DNA of 59,353 nt from Candidatus Nanohaloarchaea archaeon (GCA_047617745.1 JBLGBN010000003.1:1-59353); one strand, 5' to 3'; shown: positions 9,603-19,253, numbered from the stretch's first letter. A program made the numbers and translations. The notes: a model not told the origin generated them from the sequence alone.

Positions 9603-10324
9603 GACTAATCTCACTAGCCCCTTCAAACACCGAAATCCTGTACAAAATTGATGCAGGAGATCAGATAGTTGCGACAACAGGCCTATGTGATTTTCCCAAG
9701 GAAGCCGCCGGCAAACCAGATGTAGGCGGGTGGGTAAATCCTGATATTGACGAGATAGAATCCTATAATCCTGACCTTGTCATCGCATCCGACGACCTGC
9801 AGGATAGAGCGGTGGAAAATCTAGAGGAGCGCGGCCTGAATGTCTTACAGGTGAAGCCTCACAGTTTAGGAGAGGTATTTGACAGTATAAGGCTGGTAGG
9901 TGAAACTGTCGGGAAAACCTCAGAGGCAGAGGACCTTATCAACAGGATGAAATCCGAGATTAAATCAGTTGATCTGAAGGGCGAGAGGATATACTGCGAG
10001 GAGTGGATGAACCCTCCAATGGTCTCCGGCAACTGGATCCCGGAACTGATAGAAGAGGGCGGCGGCGATTACTTCATTCAAGGCGGAAGAAGCAGGGATT
10101 TCAATACTGGCGACCTGAAAAAGTTCGATCCCGGATATATTTTCCTGAATGTCTGCGGGGCGGGAACCAGAGCGGAAACCGAAAAGGTAAGTGACCGGGA
10201 AAAATGGGAGAATATACAGGCAGTAGAAAAAGGGAATGTCTATGTCATTGACGACGCGCTTCTGAACCGGCCTGGACCCAGACTTACTGAGGGCCTGAAA
10301 CAGATTGAGAAGAGGATTTCCTAG
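9599..10324 (+). CDS. cobalamin/Fe-siderophore-binding protein (BtuF-like), no signal peptide
   Basis: RLISLAPSNTEIL, CDFP, PDLVIA and RPGPRL motifs. Confidence 0.85.
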   Translation: MRLISLAPSNTEILYKIDAGDQIVATTGLCDFPKEAAGKPDVGGWVNPDIDEIESYNPDLVIASDDLQDRAVENLEERGLNVLQVKPHSLGEVFDSIRLVGETVGKTSEAEDLINRMKSEIKSVDLKGERIYCEEWMNPPMVSGNWIPELIEEGGGDYFIQGGRSRDFNTGDLKKFDPGYIFLNVCGAGTRAETEKVSDREKWENIQAVEKGNVYVIDDALLNRPGPRLTEGLKQIEKRIS

Positions 10325-10372
10325 ATTCTAGGGAAAGGATGTTTATAACTTTTCAGATCTCTTCTTGAAAAG

Positions 10373-10759
10373 ATGGCTTCCAATCCTGCGAAACCCGGTT
10401 TTAGACCTCAGTCGCTGTATAATAGATGGTTAAATGAAACAGTTTACAGAGGCGAAGCCGAACTAGAGGATATCCGGGAATCTCTTGAAGGCTACGATGG
10501 AACTGTGATAGTAAACGATGGGCGTAGCGTCTACTCAAATCCACCGGAGACCGTTGATGGATCCGAAATGGGTGAAATACTGGCGCAGCTGGAAAACTAT
10601 GATGAAGTAACAGGATACTGGGAGATATTTGACGCCGGAGAAGACTACCAGATATTTGCATCTCTAACTCCGGGAGAAGAGGATGGAGAAGAGATCTCGT
10701 ATATAGAAGAAGAGAATCTGAAAATGAAATGGAGAACGGAGCTGGAGCCAGAGTTCTAA
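10373..10759 (+). CDS. hypothetical protein
   Basis: 128-aa acidic ORF, TTTATAA box upstream. Confidence 0.65.
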   Translation: MASNPAKPGFRPQSLYNRWLNETVYRGEAELEDIRESLEGYDGTVIVNDGRSVYSNPPETVDGSEMGEILAQLENYDEVTGYWEIFDAGEDYQIFASLTPGEEDGEEISYIEEENLKMKWRTELEPEF

Positions 10760-10760
10760 A

Positions 10761-11327
10761 TCAGGTATCGTGGTCCTCGTAAGGCTCTCCATACTTATCG
10801 CTGAGAAGGTTGATAGCTGCTTTCGCTCCATCACCTATAGCTACTGAGGTCTGATACTCCCAGCTGTTAGCAAGGCCTGCGGAGTAAAGGTTGTCAACGG
10901 ATACGGATTTGTTGGATTCATCTGTCTTAACATGTTTATCCATCATATAAGGGCCTTCAACCCCTTCCTCGAACTCTACCTCGAGTTTTTCCAGGTAGCT
11001 GAGGTCTCCAGCTGAAGCAGCTACAAGGTACTCAGCCTCGTATTCGTTCTCATCTGTAACTACCTTGAAACCTTTATCTGTTTCCGTTACTTCTTCGACT
11101 TCTTCCTCTTTCTTTTCGCCTCCAAAGTCTTCCAGCTTGTTTTCCCCGCTTCTAAGCAGTTCCTGGCCGGCAACTGAATCGTGGCCAATTAAGTTCTGGA
11201 TGTTTGACGTGTTGTGTACCAGGGATTCTCCTGTATCAAGTACAAGAGTTTCTTCTCCTGCTTTAGCAGTGAAAACTCCGGCCTGTAGACCGGCTACTCC
11301 TCCGCCGATTACAATAACTGTTTTCAT
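10761..11327 (-). CDS. short FAD-dependent oxidoreductase (thioredoxin-reductase-like FAD domain only)
   Basis: VIVIGGGVAGL, NLYSAG and Q..VAIGDGAKAA; NADPH domain absent. Confidence 0.8.
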   Translation of the reverse strand: MKTVIVIGGGVAGLQAGVFTAKAGEETLVLDTGESLVHNTSNIQNLIGHDSVAGQELLRSGENKLEDFGGEKKEEEVEEVTETDKGFKVVTDENEYEAEYLVAASAGDLSYLEKLEVEFEEGVEGPYMMDKHVKTDESNKSVSVDNLYSAGLANSWEYQTSVAIGDGAKAAINLLSDKYGEPYEDHDT

Positions 11328-11365
11328 ATGATTAGGTTCCGGAGGTAATATTTACAACTCTATTG

Positions 11366-12625
11366 TCAAGGAGTAAATCTGTCTTTCAGAACTTCAGCGA
11401 CCATTCCGGGGTGATCCTTTGCTATATGCACACCGGTCATAGGGTTTTTGCGCAGCATCGAAACCACCGCTTCCGAGTCCGCTTCCTTGTTGATCAGAGA
11501 CAGCTCCTCTCTATCAAGACTGTTTAGCCCTCTAATTACGCGGTCAACATTTTCGTCGTTAAGCCTGTAAAGTTTATCGGCCAGATCAAGCCGGGAGTCT
11601 CTGTTATCGCCAAGTCTTTGCTCCCATTTACTGTTGTAAAGCGAAAGAGTACTTTCCGAATAATCATTCTGATGGTCGGCGTGAGTAACTGTCTCTGCAG
11701 CAAGCCTTCCTGCGACCATACAGTTGTTGATACCTTCTCCCCAGACCGGATCTATGCTGGATACAGTGTCTCCTGCGAGAATCAGTCGGTCGTCAACTTT
11801 TTCATCGATATCCTGGATGAACGCCATCCCTGCATGTCTCTCAACCTCACCGTCCTTCTCTATCTTCTCGGCTTCCTGAAGCCGGGGATCTTCCTCCCAG
11901 AACTTCTCGAAGTATTCCTCGGGTTTCGCGTCCGGATCCTTCATATTCTTGTATTTATTGAACCAGCAGACACCGACTTTAGCAGTGTCTCCGCCGGTAT
12001 CAAAGATCCAGGAGTATCCGCCGGGAGCGTACTCGGAATCAACTTTAAGCATCATGCTGCCTGGAACCTCCATATCAACATTCTCCATCTCGTACTCAAC
12101 ACCCACAGCGAGGTCCTCAGATCTATCATATTCTACCATTCCCTCCTTCTGTCCCAGAGTTGCGTGAGCACCTGTAGCATCTATGACTACATCACCGGTA
12201 ACGGTTTCCTGACCTTCTCCATCAAGAAGGTTGGCGACTACTCCCAATCCGTCATTTACATCACGGTCGAGGCCTACAACTTGGCGATCAAGCCGGTAAT
12301 CAGCTCCTTCAGTTTCAGCGTCTTCAGCCAGGTAGCGTTTGAACTCTCCAAAATCAAGGACATATCCCGTCTGGTCTACTAACAGTTTTTCATCCGGGCC
12401 TTCAATCACGACTTTATCCGTCTCCTCCATCGCTACCTCTTCCGGGTCGACATCGAACTCTGAAGTCATGCCGGGAAACGTTCCGCCGGTTGACTGCCTG
12501 GTTTCCCCCACGTAACTATCCTTCTCCAGAACGCATACATCGAAATTCCGGTAAGCCAGATCTCTTGCTGCCTGCCCTCCAGCAGGGCCTCCACCGGCTA
12601 TAACAACATCGTAATCAGGGGTCAT
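11366..12625 (-). CDS. geranylgeranyl reductase family flavoprotein (DGGR-like)
   Basis: YDVVIAGGGPAG, YAPGGYSWIF and AGD....DPVWGEGI. Start moved to MTPDYDV. Confidence 0.85.
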   Translation of the reverse strand: MTPDYDVVIAGGGPAGGQAARDLAYRNFDVCVLEKDSYVGETRQSTGGTFPGMTSEFDVDPEEVAMEETDKVVIEGPDEKLLVDQTGYVLDFGEFKRYLAEDAETEGADYRLDRQVVGLDRDVNDGLGVVANLLDGEGQETVTGDVVIDATGAHATLGQKEGMVEYDRSEDLAVGVEYEMENVDMEVPGSMMLKVDSEYAPGGYSWIFDTGGDTAKVGVCWFNKYKNMKDPDAKPEEYFEKFWEEDPRLQEAEKIEKDGEVERHAGMAFIQDIDEKVDDRLILAGDTVSSIDPVWGEGINNCMVAGRLAAETVTHADHQNDYSESTLSLYNSKWEQRLGDNRDSRLDLADKLYRLNDENVDRVIRGLNSLDREELSLINKEADSEAVVSMLRKNPMTGVHIAKDHPGMVAEVLKDRFTP

Positions 12626-12656
12626 GTAACTAAGAAGAGAGCTGAATCTTAAATTT

Positions 12657-13241
12657 TTACAGTGATAAAGAACCGGAAATCCTGCTCTCCACATCATAAC
12701 TTAGCTTGACTATGCGGTCAATAATCGGTTCAATATAGTCCTTCAAAAGGTAGATCAACAGGAGGCCTAGAAGCCCCGAGAAAATACCTCCCAGTATATC
12801 GATCGGGTAATGATGACCGACAAAAACCCTTCCAAAGCCGGTTAATATACCGGTTAATCCGAACAGCCACGCCAGTTTATCTCTTCTAAGATACAGAAAG
12901 CTCCAGAAAACCGAGAACATGGAAGCGGTATGCTGGCTGGGGAATGCATTATCCAGTTCCCCTCCAGAAACTATAGTATTATAGGCGCTAAACGGCTGAT
13001 TGTGGAAATAAAGTAAGCCCAGGGCATAGGTAAGTGAAATACCGATGACTGCTGTAAGAAATGTGAAGACCGCGTCTCTTCTATCCTCCCTGGAGTTAAA
13101 CCATAGATAAGCCAAAGTCGCAGGAATCAACAGTACAAGTAGTTCAGCGCACAACAGGAAGAAAGTATCAACTATCCTGTTGCCTGTAAAACCCTGGATG
13201 AACAGGAAGATCTCGGTATCGACCCCGGAAATGCTTACCAT
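12657..13241 (-). CDS. PAP2 family phosphatase (polyprenyl-diphosphate phosphatase-like)
   Basis: FPSQH and GRVFVGHHYPID motifs, TM helices. Confidence 0.85.
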   Translation of the reverse strand: MVSISGVDTEIFLFIQGFTGNRIVDTFFLLCAELLVLLIPATLAYLWFNSREDRRDAVFTFLTAVIGISLTYALGLLYFHNQPFSAYNTIVSGGELDNAFPSQHTASMFSVFWSFLYLRRDKLAWLFGLTGILTGFGRVFVGHHYPIDILGGIFSGLLGLLLIYLLKDYIEPIIDRIVKLSYDVESRISGSLSL

Positions 13242-13341
13242 GATCTGAAATTACGGCTTTACCGACTAAAAACCTGCGGCTACCCCTCGAACTTACTTAA
13301 AAATAACACCTGAATTGGTCTGTATAAGGTGAATACAAAAA

Positions 13342-13503
13342 ATGGCACAGAGATTTGAAGAAGCCAAGGAAAGAATTTTCGGCAACGTATATATCTGCAG
13401 AAGATGCAACGCAAAGAACAGGACAAGCAACCCTGAGAACACTTCCTGCAGGAAATGCGGTTACAGCAATCTGAGAAAGAAGAACGAAGAATTCGCAGGA
13501 TGA
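13342..13503 (+). CDS. rpl40e: 50S ribosomal protein L40e (not in ORF track)
   Basis: MAQRFEEAKERIFGNVYICRRCNAKNRTSNPENTSCRKCGYSNLRKKNEEFAG*; AGGTGA SD upstream. Confidence 0.95.
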   Translation: MAQRFEEAKERIFGNVYICRRCNAKNRTSNPENTSCRKCGYSNLRKKNEEFAG

Positions 13504-13507
13504 TCGA

Positions 13508-14386
13508 ATGGAGTGGTTCCTGGCAACATTAGCAGCCGCTCTAATTTGGTCAGCTACAGGGATAGTCGCCAAGGAACTGATGGATCAGGACTCCAGTCTA
13601 GTTTACTCCTTTCTTTACTCAACACTAGCACTGGTTTTCTACACACCTGTCTTCCTGTACCTTGTTTCATCAGCTGAAATATCGCTAAGCTTTTTTACGG
13701 TAGGAGCTTTCATCGTATCCGGATTCGCCAATATTTTCGGTATAACTGCGTACAATTACTCGATAAAACTTGGAGAGCTATCCCGCGTAATTCCCTTCAC
13801 GAAGTTGAACCCGGTCTTTACAGCTATAATTGCGGCAGCTTTACTCGGAGAAAAAATGACGCCGACCAGAGTAACAGGTATCTTACTGGTCACAGTCGGC
13901 AGCTACGTTATACTTGAAGAAAAGAACAGAAACTGGAGACAGCCGTTCAGAAGCTTCATCAAAGATAGAGCACCGAAAGTCGCCGTGCTTTCCGCAGTAA
14001 TTTTCTCAGTCGCAGCGGTAATGGACCGGTACGCGGTACAGGCTTTCCAGCCCGAAGTTTACACTTTCATGATCTACCTGTTCATGACCACAGGACTATC
14101 GGTTTACATATTCGGCCAGAGACCGGAACTTGTGGATCAGATTATCCCGGACCTGAAGAAACACCGGCTCAAATACGTTTTTACCGGGGCAGGCGCTGCC
14201 CTGGCATCCTATCTCATATTCTTCGCATTCTCAAAAGCACCCGCCTCCCGAGTAATACCAGTACTGCAGATACAGGTCCTGATCTCGGTAATCGCTGGAG
14301 TTCTACTATTTGAAGAGGATAATTTAAAGCAGAAACTTATCGGCTCAGCGATACTAATCGCCGGAGTTGTGCTGGTTGCGTTGTAA
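13508..14386 (+). CDS. EamA/DMT family transporter
   Basis: Two EamA repeats, 10 TM (LSRVIPFTKLNPVF...LLGEK; SRVIPVLQIQ...LLFEE). Confidence 0.9.
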   Translation: MEWFLATLAAALIWSATGIVAKELMDQDSSLVYSFLYSTLALVFYTPVFLYLVSSAEISLSFFTVGAFIVSGFANIFGITAYNYSIKLGELSRVIPFTKLNPVFTAIIAAALLGEKMTPTRVTGILLVTVGSYVILEEKNRNWRQPFRSFIKDRAPKVAVLSAVIFSVAAVMDRYAVQAFQPEVYTFMIYLFMTTGLSVYIFGQRPELVDQIIPDLKKHRLKYVFTGAGAALASYLIFFAFSKAPASRVIPVLQIQVLISVIAGVLLFEEDNLKQKLIGSAILIAGVVLVAL

Positions 14387-14422
14387 CCATTTAAAGAAAT
14401 TACCTGACTACATCATTCATAC

Positions 14423-14494
14423 GCCCCGTTGGCTCAGCGGTAGAGCGCGTCCTTGGTAAGGACGAGATCCCGGGTTCAAATCTCGGACGGGGCT
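14423..14494 (+). tRNA. tRNA-Thr(GGT)
   Basis: Acceptor GCCCCGT/ACGGGGC; anticodon arm CGTCC-TTGGTAA-GGACG; T-loop TTCAAAT; no encoded CCA. Confidence 0.95.
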
Positions 14495-14575
14495 TCGCCT
14501 TTTCAAAAGAACTCTGTTCTGTTTGTTGTTATCTCAAAATAGGCCGTTATTAGTCTTGGCGTCGCTTTAATTATA

Positions 14576-14929
14576 ATGTCTACAGAAGATGTTTTAGAGA
14601 GAAATGAAGATTCTTTGGAGTCAAAGATAGATTATATTACAGCAAGTGCAGAGAGCTGGCAGGAAGTTTATGAAGAATGCTTGGAAGATCCTTTGGAGCA
14701 TGAAGAAGAGGAGTTGGAGGAATTGGTTGAAGGCTACGCTGTTTTAATAGGGCAGATCCATGTAACTTACAATATAATGGCAAGTACAGGAAAGCAGGAA
14801 TAAGCTGAGCTCATGCTTGATACTTTTGAAGATGTTTCACAGACACAGCACGAATATTCTACAGAAGGCAGAGAGTTAGTTGGAGATACGCCTCTTGATT
14901 TGTTCAAGGAGGAATATGGTTTTCAATAA
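14576..14929 (+). pseudogene. hypothetical protein interrupted by an in-frame TAA (14801-14803)
   Basis: The same frame continues as AELMLDTFEDVSQTQHEYSTEGRELVGDTPLDLFKEEYGFQ* with the same acidic composition. Confidence 0.55.
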
Positions 14930-15067
14930 AGATTTTACAAAATTAAACATCGAGTTTCTGCCCAATATTTCTCTAGCTGAGAATGTCAGTGAACAGGAAA
15001 TGAATATCGCAGTAATGAAATAGTTGATAGATGGGAGCGAAAAAACTCCTTACTGCCTCTACTTCAA

Positions 15068-15370
15068 TCAAATATATTCAGGGACAGAACTCTGATTTGC
15101 TCTATCGTAGGCCTCTTGATAGTTGTCTGGCCAGTTTGTTGGATCGATTATATACATTTCCTGGACGCTTGAGCCAAAATCTTCTAGTTTCTTTTTTCTG
15201 TCGCCGGGACTGCAGTGTGTTTCTACTTCGATCACTGTATCAGTGCTTGCGTCGTCAAGAGCCTTGCATATCATGGATTTGATGAATCCGTGTTTTACTC
15301 CGCCTTTGAACTTTACGGCTTTGACTTCTTTGTTGTGAAAATCAAAGTCTTTTTGTTTCATCCGGAACAT
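15068..15370 (-). CDS. hypothetical protein, possibly a PD-(D/E)XK-like fragment
   Basis: H..IK..IC..L and VIEVET segments; weak similarity only. Confidence 0.4.
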   Translation of the reverse strand: MFRMKQKDFDFHNKEVKAVKFKGGVKHGFIKSMICKALDDASTDTVIEVETHCSPGDRKKKLEDFGSSVQEMYIIDPTNWPDNYQEAYDRANQSSVPEYI

Positions 15371-15495
15371 GCATTTCCTGTAGTCTGTAGTTGTCTATGT
15401 GAAAGTCTCTACTTCTGAATGGATTCTGCGGGACATGAAAAATTTTTCAACTTGTAAAGATAAAAAGTGAGAGGCCTTCACATTTTTCCTTTATC

Positions 15496-15933
15496 TCAGA
15501 TGTATTCCTCTATGTCTTTATCTAGATTTCTTGGGTTAACTGTCTCAGGAAGTATTTCATTTATTTTCTGAAGTTCATTCTCTCCATTCCTGTCCATGAT
15601 TATCTCTGTGTTGTTTTCAGCTAGTTTAGCGAATTCTGCGATGAATTGGAGACAGTTTCCGCAGGGCCTGATGCTGTCAGATTTCTCTGCCGTCACATAT
15701 ACTGCTTTAAAGCTGTATTCTCCGTTGCTTACAGCGCTAGTGATGGCGTTCTGCTCTGCACATGTGCCATTTCCATTAACCATTCCGTCGACTACACAGC
15801 CACTGTAAATCTCGCCTGAAGAAGTGAGAACTGATGCTCCTACAGGAAAGCCATATACTGTAGTGTAGGAGTTTTCCATGGCTTTTTTCGCTGCTTTCTC
15901 CAGTTTTTTGACGTCCTTTTGATCTGTTTCCAT
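15496..15933 (-). CDS. cdd: cytidine deaminase family protein (homotetrameric type, divergent)
   Basis: FPVGASV, CAE and PCGNC zinc motifs. Confidence 0.85.
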   Translation of the reverse strand: METDQKDVKKLEKAAKKAMENSYTTVYGFPVGASVLTSSGEIYSGCVVDGMVNGNGTCAEQNAITSAVSNGEYSFKAVYVTAEKSDSIRPCGNCLQFIAEFAKLAENNTEIIMDRNGENELQKINEILPETVNPRNLDKDIEEYI

Positions 15934-15936
15934 TTT

Positions 15937-16896
15937 TTAATCTACCTTTACCACGTAAGAGGCCTCTTTTGGAACTTCGGACTTGAATTTCTCAAATTTT
16001 TCTTCTGCGTCTGGCTCTACATCCGTCAGTCTTTTGTTAAGACTTTTGATTTTTGGATCAACTATTCTGTGTTTCCGTGTGACTTTGAATCCATATTCTC
16101 CATTATCTTCTATAGTTAATCCGTTTCTGATTCCCTGGAGTTTCTCATTTAATTCCGAATCTTGAGATAGTTTGTCCATAACTTCCTGATCTGTCGTGAA
16201 AAGATCTTCTTCAGTGATAACTCCTTCATCAAGGCCTCTGGAGAGAATGTTTTTCATCAGCATCTTCGTTCCCTCGCTCTTTTTATCGAAGAAAACTTCC
16301 TTGTTCAATTTGAAAAATAGATTCATCACTTCTGACGCTTTTTCCTTGTCTTTGGCGACGATCAATCCGTCTTCAGTTGTAAGGCCTTCAAGCACTCTAT
16401 CGACTGTTTCCTGATCGATGAGGCCTGCCTTGTACAGATCTCTCAACGTGTAATCAAGCCTGTCCGCGCATATATCAGGCCTGTCTCTCTCAAGTATTCC
16501 GAAGTTCTCCTCATCGAAAATATATTCGGGATCGTATCCGTGTTCCTCTACTAATTCATCAAGCCCATATCTTTCAACGAATCTTTCGTGATGATCCTCG
16601 TGAAACGTTTGATCTCTTCTCTCAAAAACTTGATCTGCCAGATGACTGAAAGCTGTATGGCTTATATCGTGGACAAGGCCTGCTATAACTTCGTCTTCGT
16701 CCGCACCAAATTTTTTACACAGGATTGCAACGCCCAGACTGTGCTCGAATCGACTCGTATCCATCTCGGGTTTGACAAGAAAGTCGGCTCCGTTCTGATG
16801 TACTTTCTTAAGTCTCTGCATTCCGGGATTTTCTATAATTTTTTTCTCAAGTTCAGTGAACTGTACTTCGCCGTAAATCGGATCTTCGTATTTCAT
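15937..16896 (-). CDS. HD-domain phosphohydrolase (COG1078/SAMHD1-like dNTPase family)
   Basis: DPIYG, MQRLKKVHQ, SRFEHSLGV, HDISHTAFSH and DRLDYTLRD. Confidence 0.9.
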   Translation of the reverse strand: MKYEDPIYGEVQFTELEKKIIENPGMQRLKKVHQNGADFLVKPEMDTSRFEHSLGVAILCKKFGADEDEVIAGLVHDISHTAFSHLADQVFERRDQTFHEDHHERFVERYGLDELVEEHGYDPEYIFDEENFGILERDRPDICADRLDYTLRDLYKAGLIDQETVDRVLEGLTTEDGLIVAKDKEKASEVMNLFFKLNKEVFFDKKSEGTKMLMKNILSRGLDEGVITEEDLFTTDQEVMDKLSQDSELNEKLQGIRNGLTIEDNGEYGFKVTRKHRIVDPKIKSLNKRLTDVEPDAEEKFEKFKSEVPKEASYVVKVD

Positions 16897-16898
16897 TC

Positions 16899-17471
16899 CT
16901 ATTCAAATACCTCGTAAGCAAACTCTCTAACCTGTTCATAGGCCTCTTCAAGGCCTTCATCATTTTCTATCACTATGTAATCGATTCCATGCCTGTCGTA
17001 TATCTCGAAGTGATTATCCCTCACATCATCGTAAAACTCCAGTATCTCCTCGTCTCCTTCCTCAAAATGAGGGCTTCTCTCCCATATATCCTGTAAAGGC
17101 ATATTCAGGAAGACTGCATAAATATCCACATCACTGTGTTCGCTAAGAATTTCCAGATACTCACTCTGTTCATCTATCAGCGACTCATCAGCGTTCTCCA
17201 TACTGTGCGCCAGACAGCCAGGATGCCACGTTTCGATAACTGCGTGATCCATATCATCAGTCATTAATTCTCTATCTCTAGCTGCTTCATTGACGTGGAT
17301 AGCTTCCTGGAAAGCATGGCTTCCGGCCTTTCCCCAGTCCTCGCCATTTTCATCGATCAATTTCTGGGCGATCTCAGGGAAATAATTGAAGCCATCTCTT
17401 TCTTCAAGCGTCTCCCCGAGACTGGATTTCCCGGCAGTATGTACACCGTTCAAGGCGATTACTTTATCCAT
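16899..17471 (-). CDS. P-loop nucleoside/nucleotide kinase-like protein (AAA_28-like)
   Basis: VIALNGVHTAGKSS Walker A at the N-terminus; TGATG overlap with the upstream RNR gene. Confidence 0.7.
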   Translation of the reverse strand: MDKVIALNGVHTAGKSSLGETLEERDGFNYFPEIAQKLIDENGEDWGKAGSHAFQEAIHVNEAARDRELMTDDMDHAVIETWHPGCLAHSMENADESLIDEQSEYLEILSEHSDVDIYAVFLNMPLQDIWERSPHFEEGDEEILEFYDDVRDNHFEIYDRHGIDYIVIENDEGLEEAYEQVREFAYEVFE

Positions 17472-19237
17472 CAATCCTCATCCTTGAGATCCATCGGCTG
17501 ATCCTGATTTGAACCGTTCCTGTAAACAGTCATCCCGTTCAATCCGGCGTCGTAGGCCTTTAGATAGACGTCTTTAACTGCTTCAGGATCCACATCTTTA
17601 GGCAAGTTAATCGTCTTTGAAACGCTTTCATCGACGAATGCCTGGGCCTCCACAAGTACGTTGAAATGCTCTCTATGCCCGATCTCAATGGCTGTCCTGA
17701 ACACGTCTTTTATTTCCTGAGGAATATCCAGTTCCTGACAGCTACCGTTTTCCCTGACTTTTTCGATCACTTCTTCAGCATCCACATCTCTGTGTTTCTC
17801 CAGTGCTTCACGGAACTCATCGTTGACATCTCCGTACCTGTCTATAAGACTGAAAATCGGCTCAATCTGCTGACTTGTATCAAACGTCATAGCTGACCGA
17901 CCTGTCGGAGGTAAGATAACCGTTGTACTGTTCCTTAAACCATGTTTCTCGATCATCTTATCCAGGCCTCTCCAGTCGGCTTCCGTTATTTTCCTGCTCT
18001 TCTTGTCTCCAAACTTACCAGTCAGGAAATTCCGGCCTTCATCAGCGTACTTGGAGCTGCTCCACCCCTCAAAATTTCCTCTCTGACCTGAAAGTTCCAC
18101 AGAGTACTTCTTGCTGTGATAGTTGATGAAGGAAAGCGTGTCTTTCAATAACTGATTTCCTTCTTCGCTGTCGTATTCAAGTCCGTGCTTGGAGAGTAAC
18201 TTGCTGTAGCCACAGTAACCGATACCTATCTTCCTGCTCTTCCTCATGGCTTCGACTGACTCTTCATGACTGTAATGATTGAGACTGTACTCAAGCACGT
18301 CGTCAAGAAATCTCGTGATCAATTTAGAGGCCTCTTCCAGTGCATCCCAGTCAATACTTTCTCCATTACTGAATCCAGCGATGTTAATGGAAGCGAACTG
18401 GCATGTCTCTCCCTCTGCAAGCCCTACCTCTCCACATGGAGCGACTGAAACATAGTTCAACTCTTCGTTAAAAGGCCTCCTCCTGTTCATGTTGTCGAGG
18501 AAGATCAGCCCTGGATCAGCACAGTCCCAGGCACATTTCACTATAAGATCCATCAATCCGCCGGAATCAACTTCCTCCCCGTCCCTGAGTTCAAACTTCT
18601 CTTCGTTCCTGTAGGCCTCTATAAATTCATCGCTCATATTAACTGAAAGATTGAACTTCCAATCGATCTCCGGATTCTCGTGTTTCACTTTGATGAATTC
18701 CTTGATAGCGGGATTGTTTGCTTTCATTATCCCCATGTTGCCTACGGGCCTGTGCTGTTCATCTCTTTCAAGACCTGTTTTCGCTATCTCCTGCAGATCC
18801 ATCAACACACTCATAGGATTATCCGCTTTATCCAGTGCGAATCCTGTCCCCATTCCCTCTTCGTGATAGTTGTCGACTTTTTCTTTGATCTCGCTGTAAT
18901 CATTGTTCAAATCCACGGGAGGTACTGAACAGGCACTGAGAGGCCTCTCATCGAATCTTCCGGCGTTTGTCATTATCGGCGTGGAAGGTACTATCTTCCT
19001 CTGCATAAACAGTTCAAGCATCCTGTCTGCGAACTCCAATGCTTCCTCAGTTTCTGTGCCAAACTGTTTCTCAATGTCTACAACTACTGAAGCTACTCTC
19101 TCCAGCATCTCAGTCGGTGATTCGTCCTCTGCCAGTATGTCGCCGTCTCTCATGATTTTTTCTGCTTTTTTCGAGGGATTGAACTCCCCTGAAGCTGAAA
19201 CCCTGTCCTTCTGTGTCATTGTAGTTTGTTCTGTCAT
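17471..19237 (-). CDS. nrdJ: class II (adenosylcobalamin-dependent) ribonucleotide reductase homolog, divergent
   Basis: PSTPIMTNAG, LSAC, FNLSV, DPGLIFLD, PCGE, PTG, SKTINLP and GMTVYRNGS. ATG at 19237 follows an AGGTGG SD. No beta-subunit gene nearby. Confidence 0.85.
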   Translation of the reverse strand: MTEQTTMTQKDRVSASGEFNPSKKAEKIMRDGDILAEDESPTEMLERVASVVVDIEKQFGTETEEALEFADRMLELFMQRKIVPSTPIMTNAGRFDERPLSACSVPPVDLNNDYSEIKEKVDNYHEEGMGTGFALDKADNPMSVLMDLQEIAKTGLERDEQHRPVGNMGIMKANNPAIKEFIKVKHENPEIDWKFNLSVNMSDEFIEAYRNEEKFELRDGEEVDSGGLMDLIVKCAWDCADPGLIFLDNMNRRRPFNEELNYVSVAPCGEVGLAEGETCQFASINIAGFSNGESIDWDALEEASKLITRFLDDVLEYSLNHYSHEESVEAMRKSRKIGIGYCGYSKLLSKHGLEYDSEEGNQLLKDTLSFINYHSKKYSVELSGQRGNFEGWSSSKYADEGRNFLTGKFGDKKSRKITEADWRGLDKMIEKHGLRNSTTVILPPTGRSAMTFDTSQQIEPIFSLIDRYGDVNDEFREALEKHRDVDAEEVIEKVRENGSCQELDIPQEIKDVFRTAIEIGHREHFNVLVEAQAFVDESVSKTINLPKDVDPEAVKDVYLKAYDAGLNGMTVYRNGSNQDQPMDLKDED

Positions 19238-19253
19238 GATTAAATCCACCTAG

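Noticed and set aside
11618..12382. 254-aa plus-strand ORF
   Set aside because: Antisense shadow of the GGR gene with non-halophilic composition.
13297..13572. 91-aa minus-strand ORF
   Set aside because: Antisense to rpl40e.
14801..14803. Stop-codon recoding (Sec/Pyl or alternative code)
   Set aside because: The stop is TAA and all three stops terminate normal genes in this window, so a nonsense mutation is the simpler explanation.
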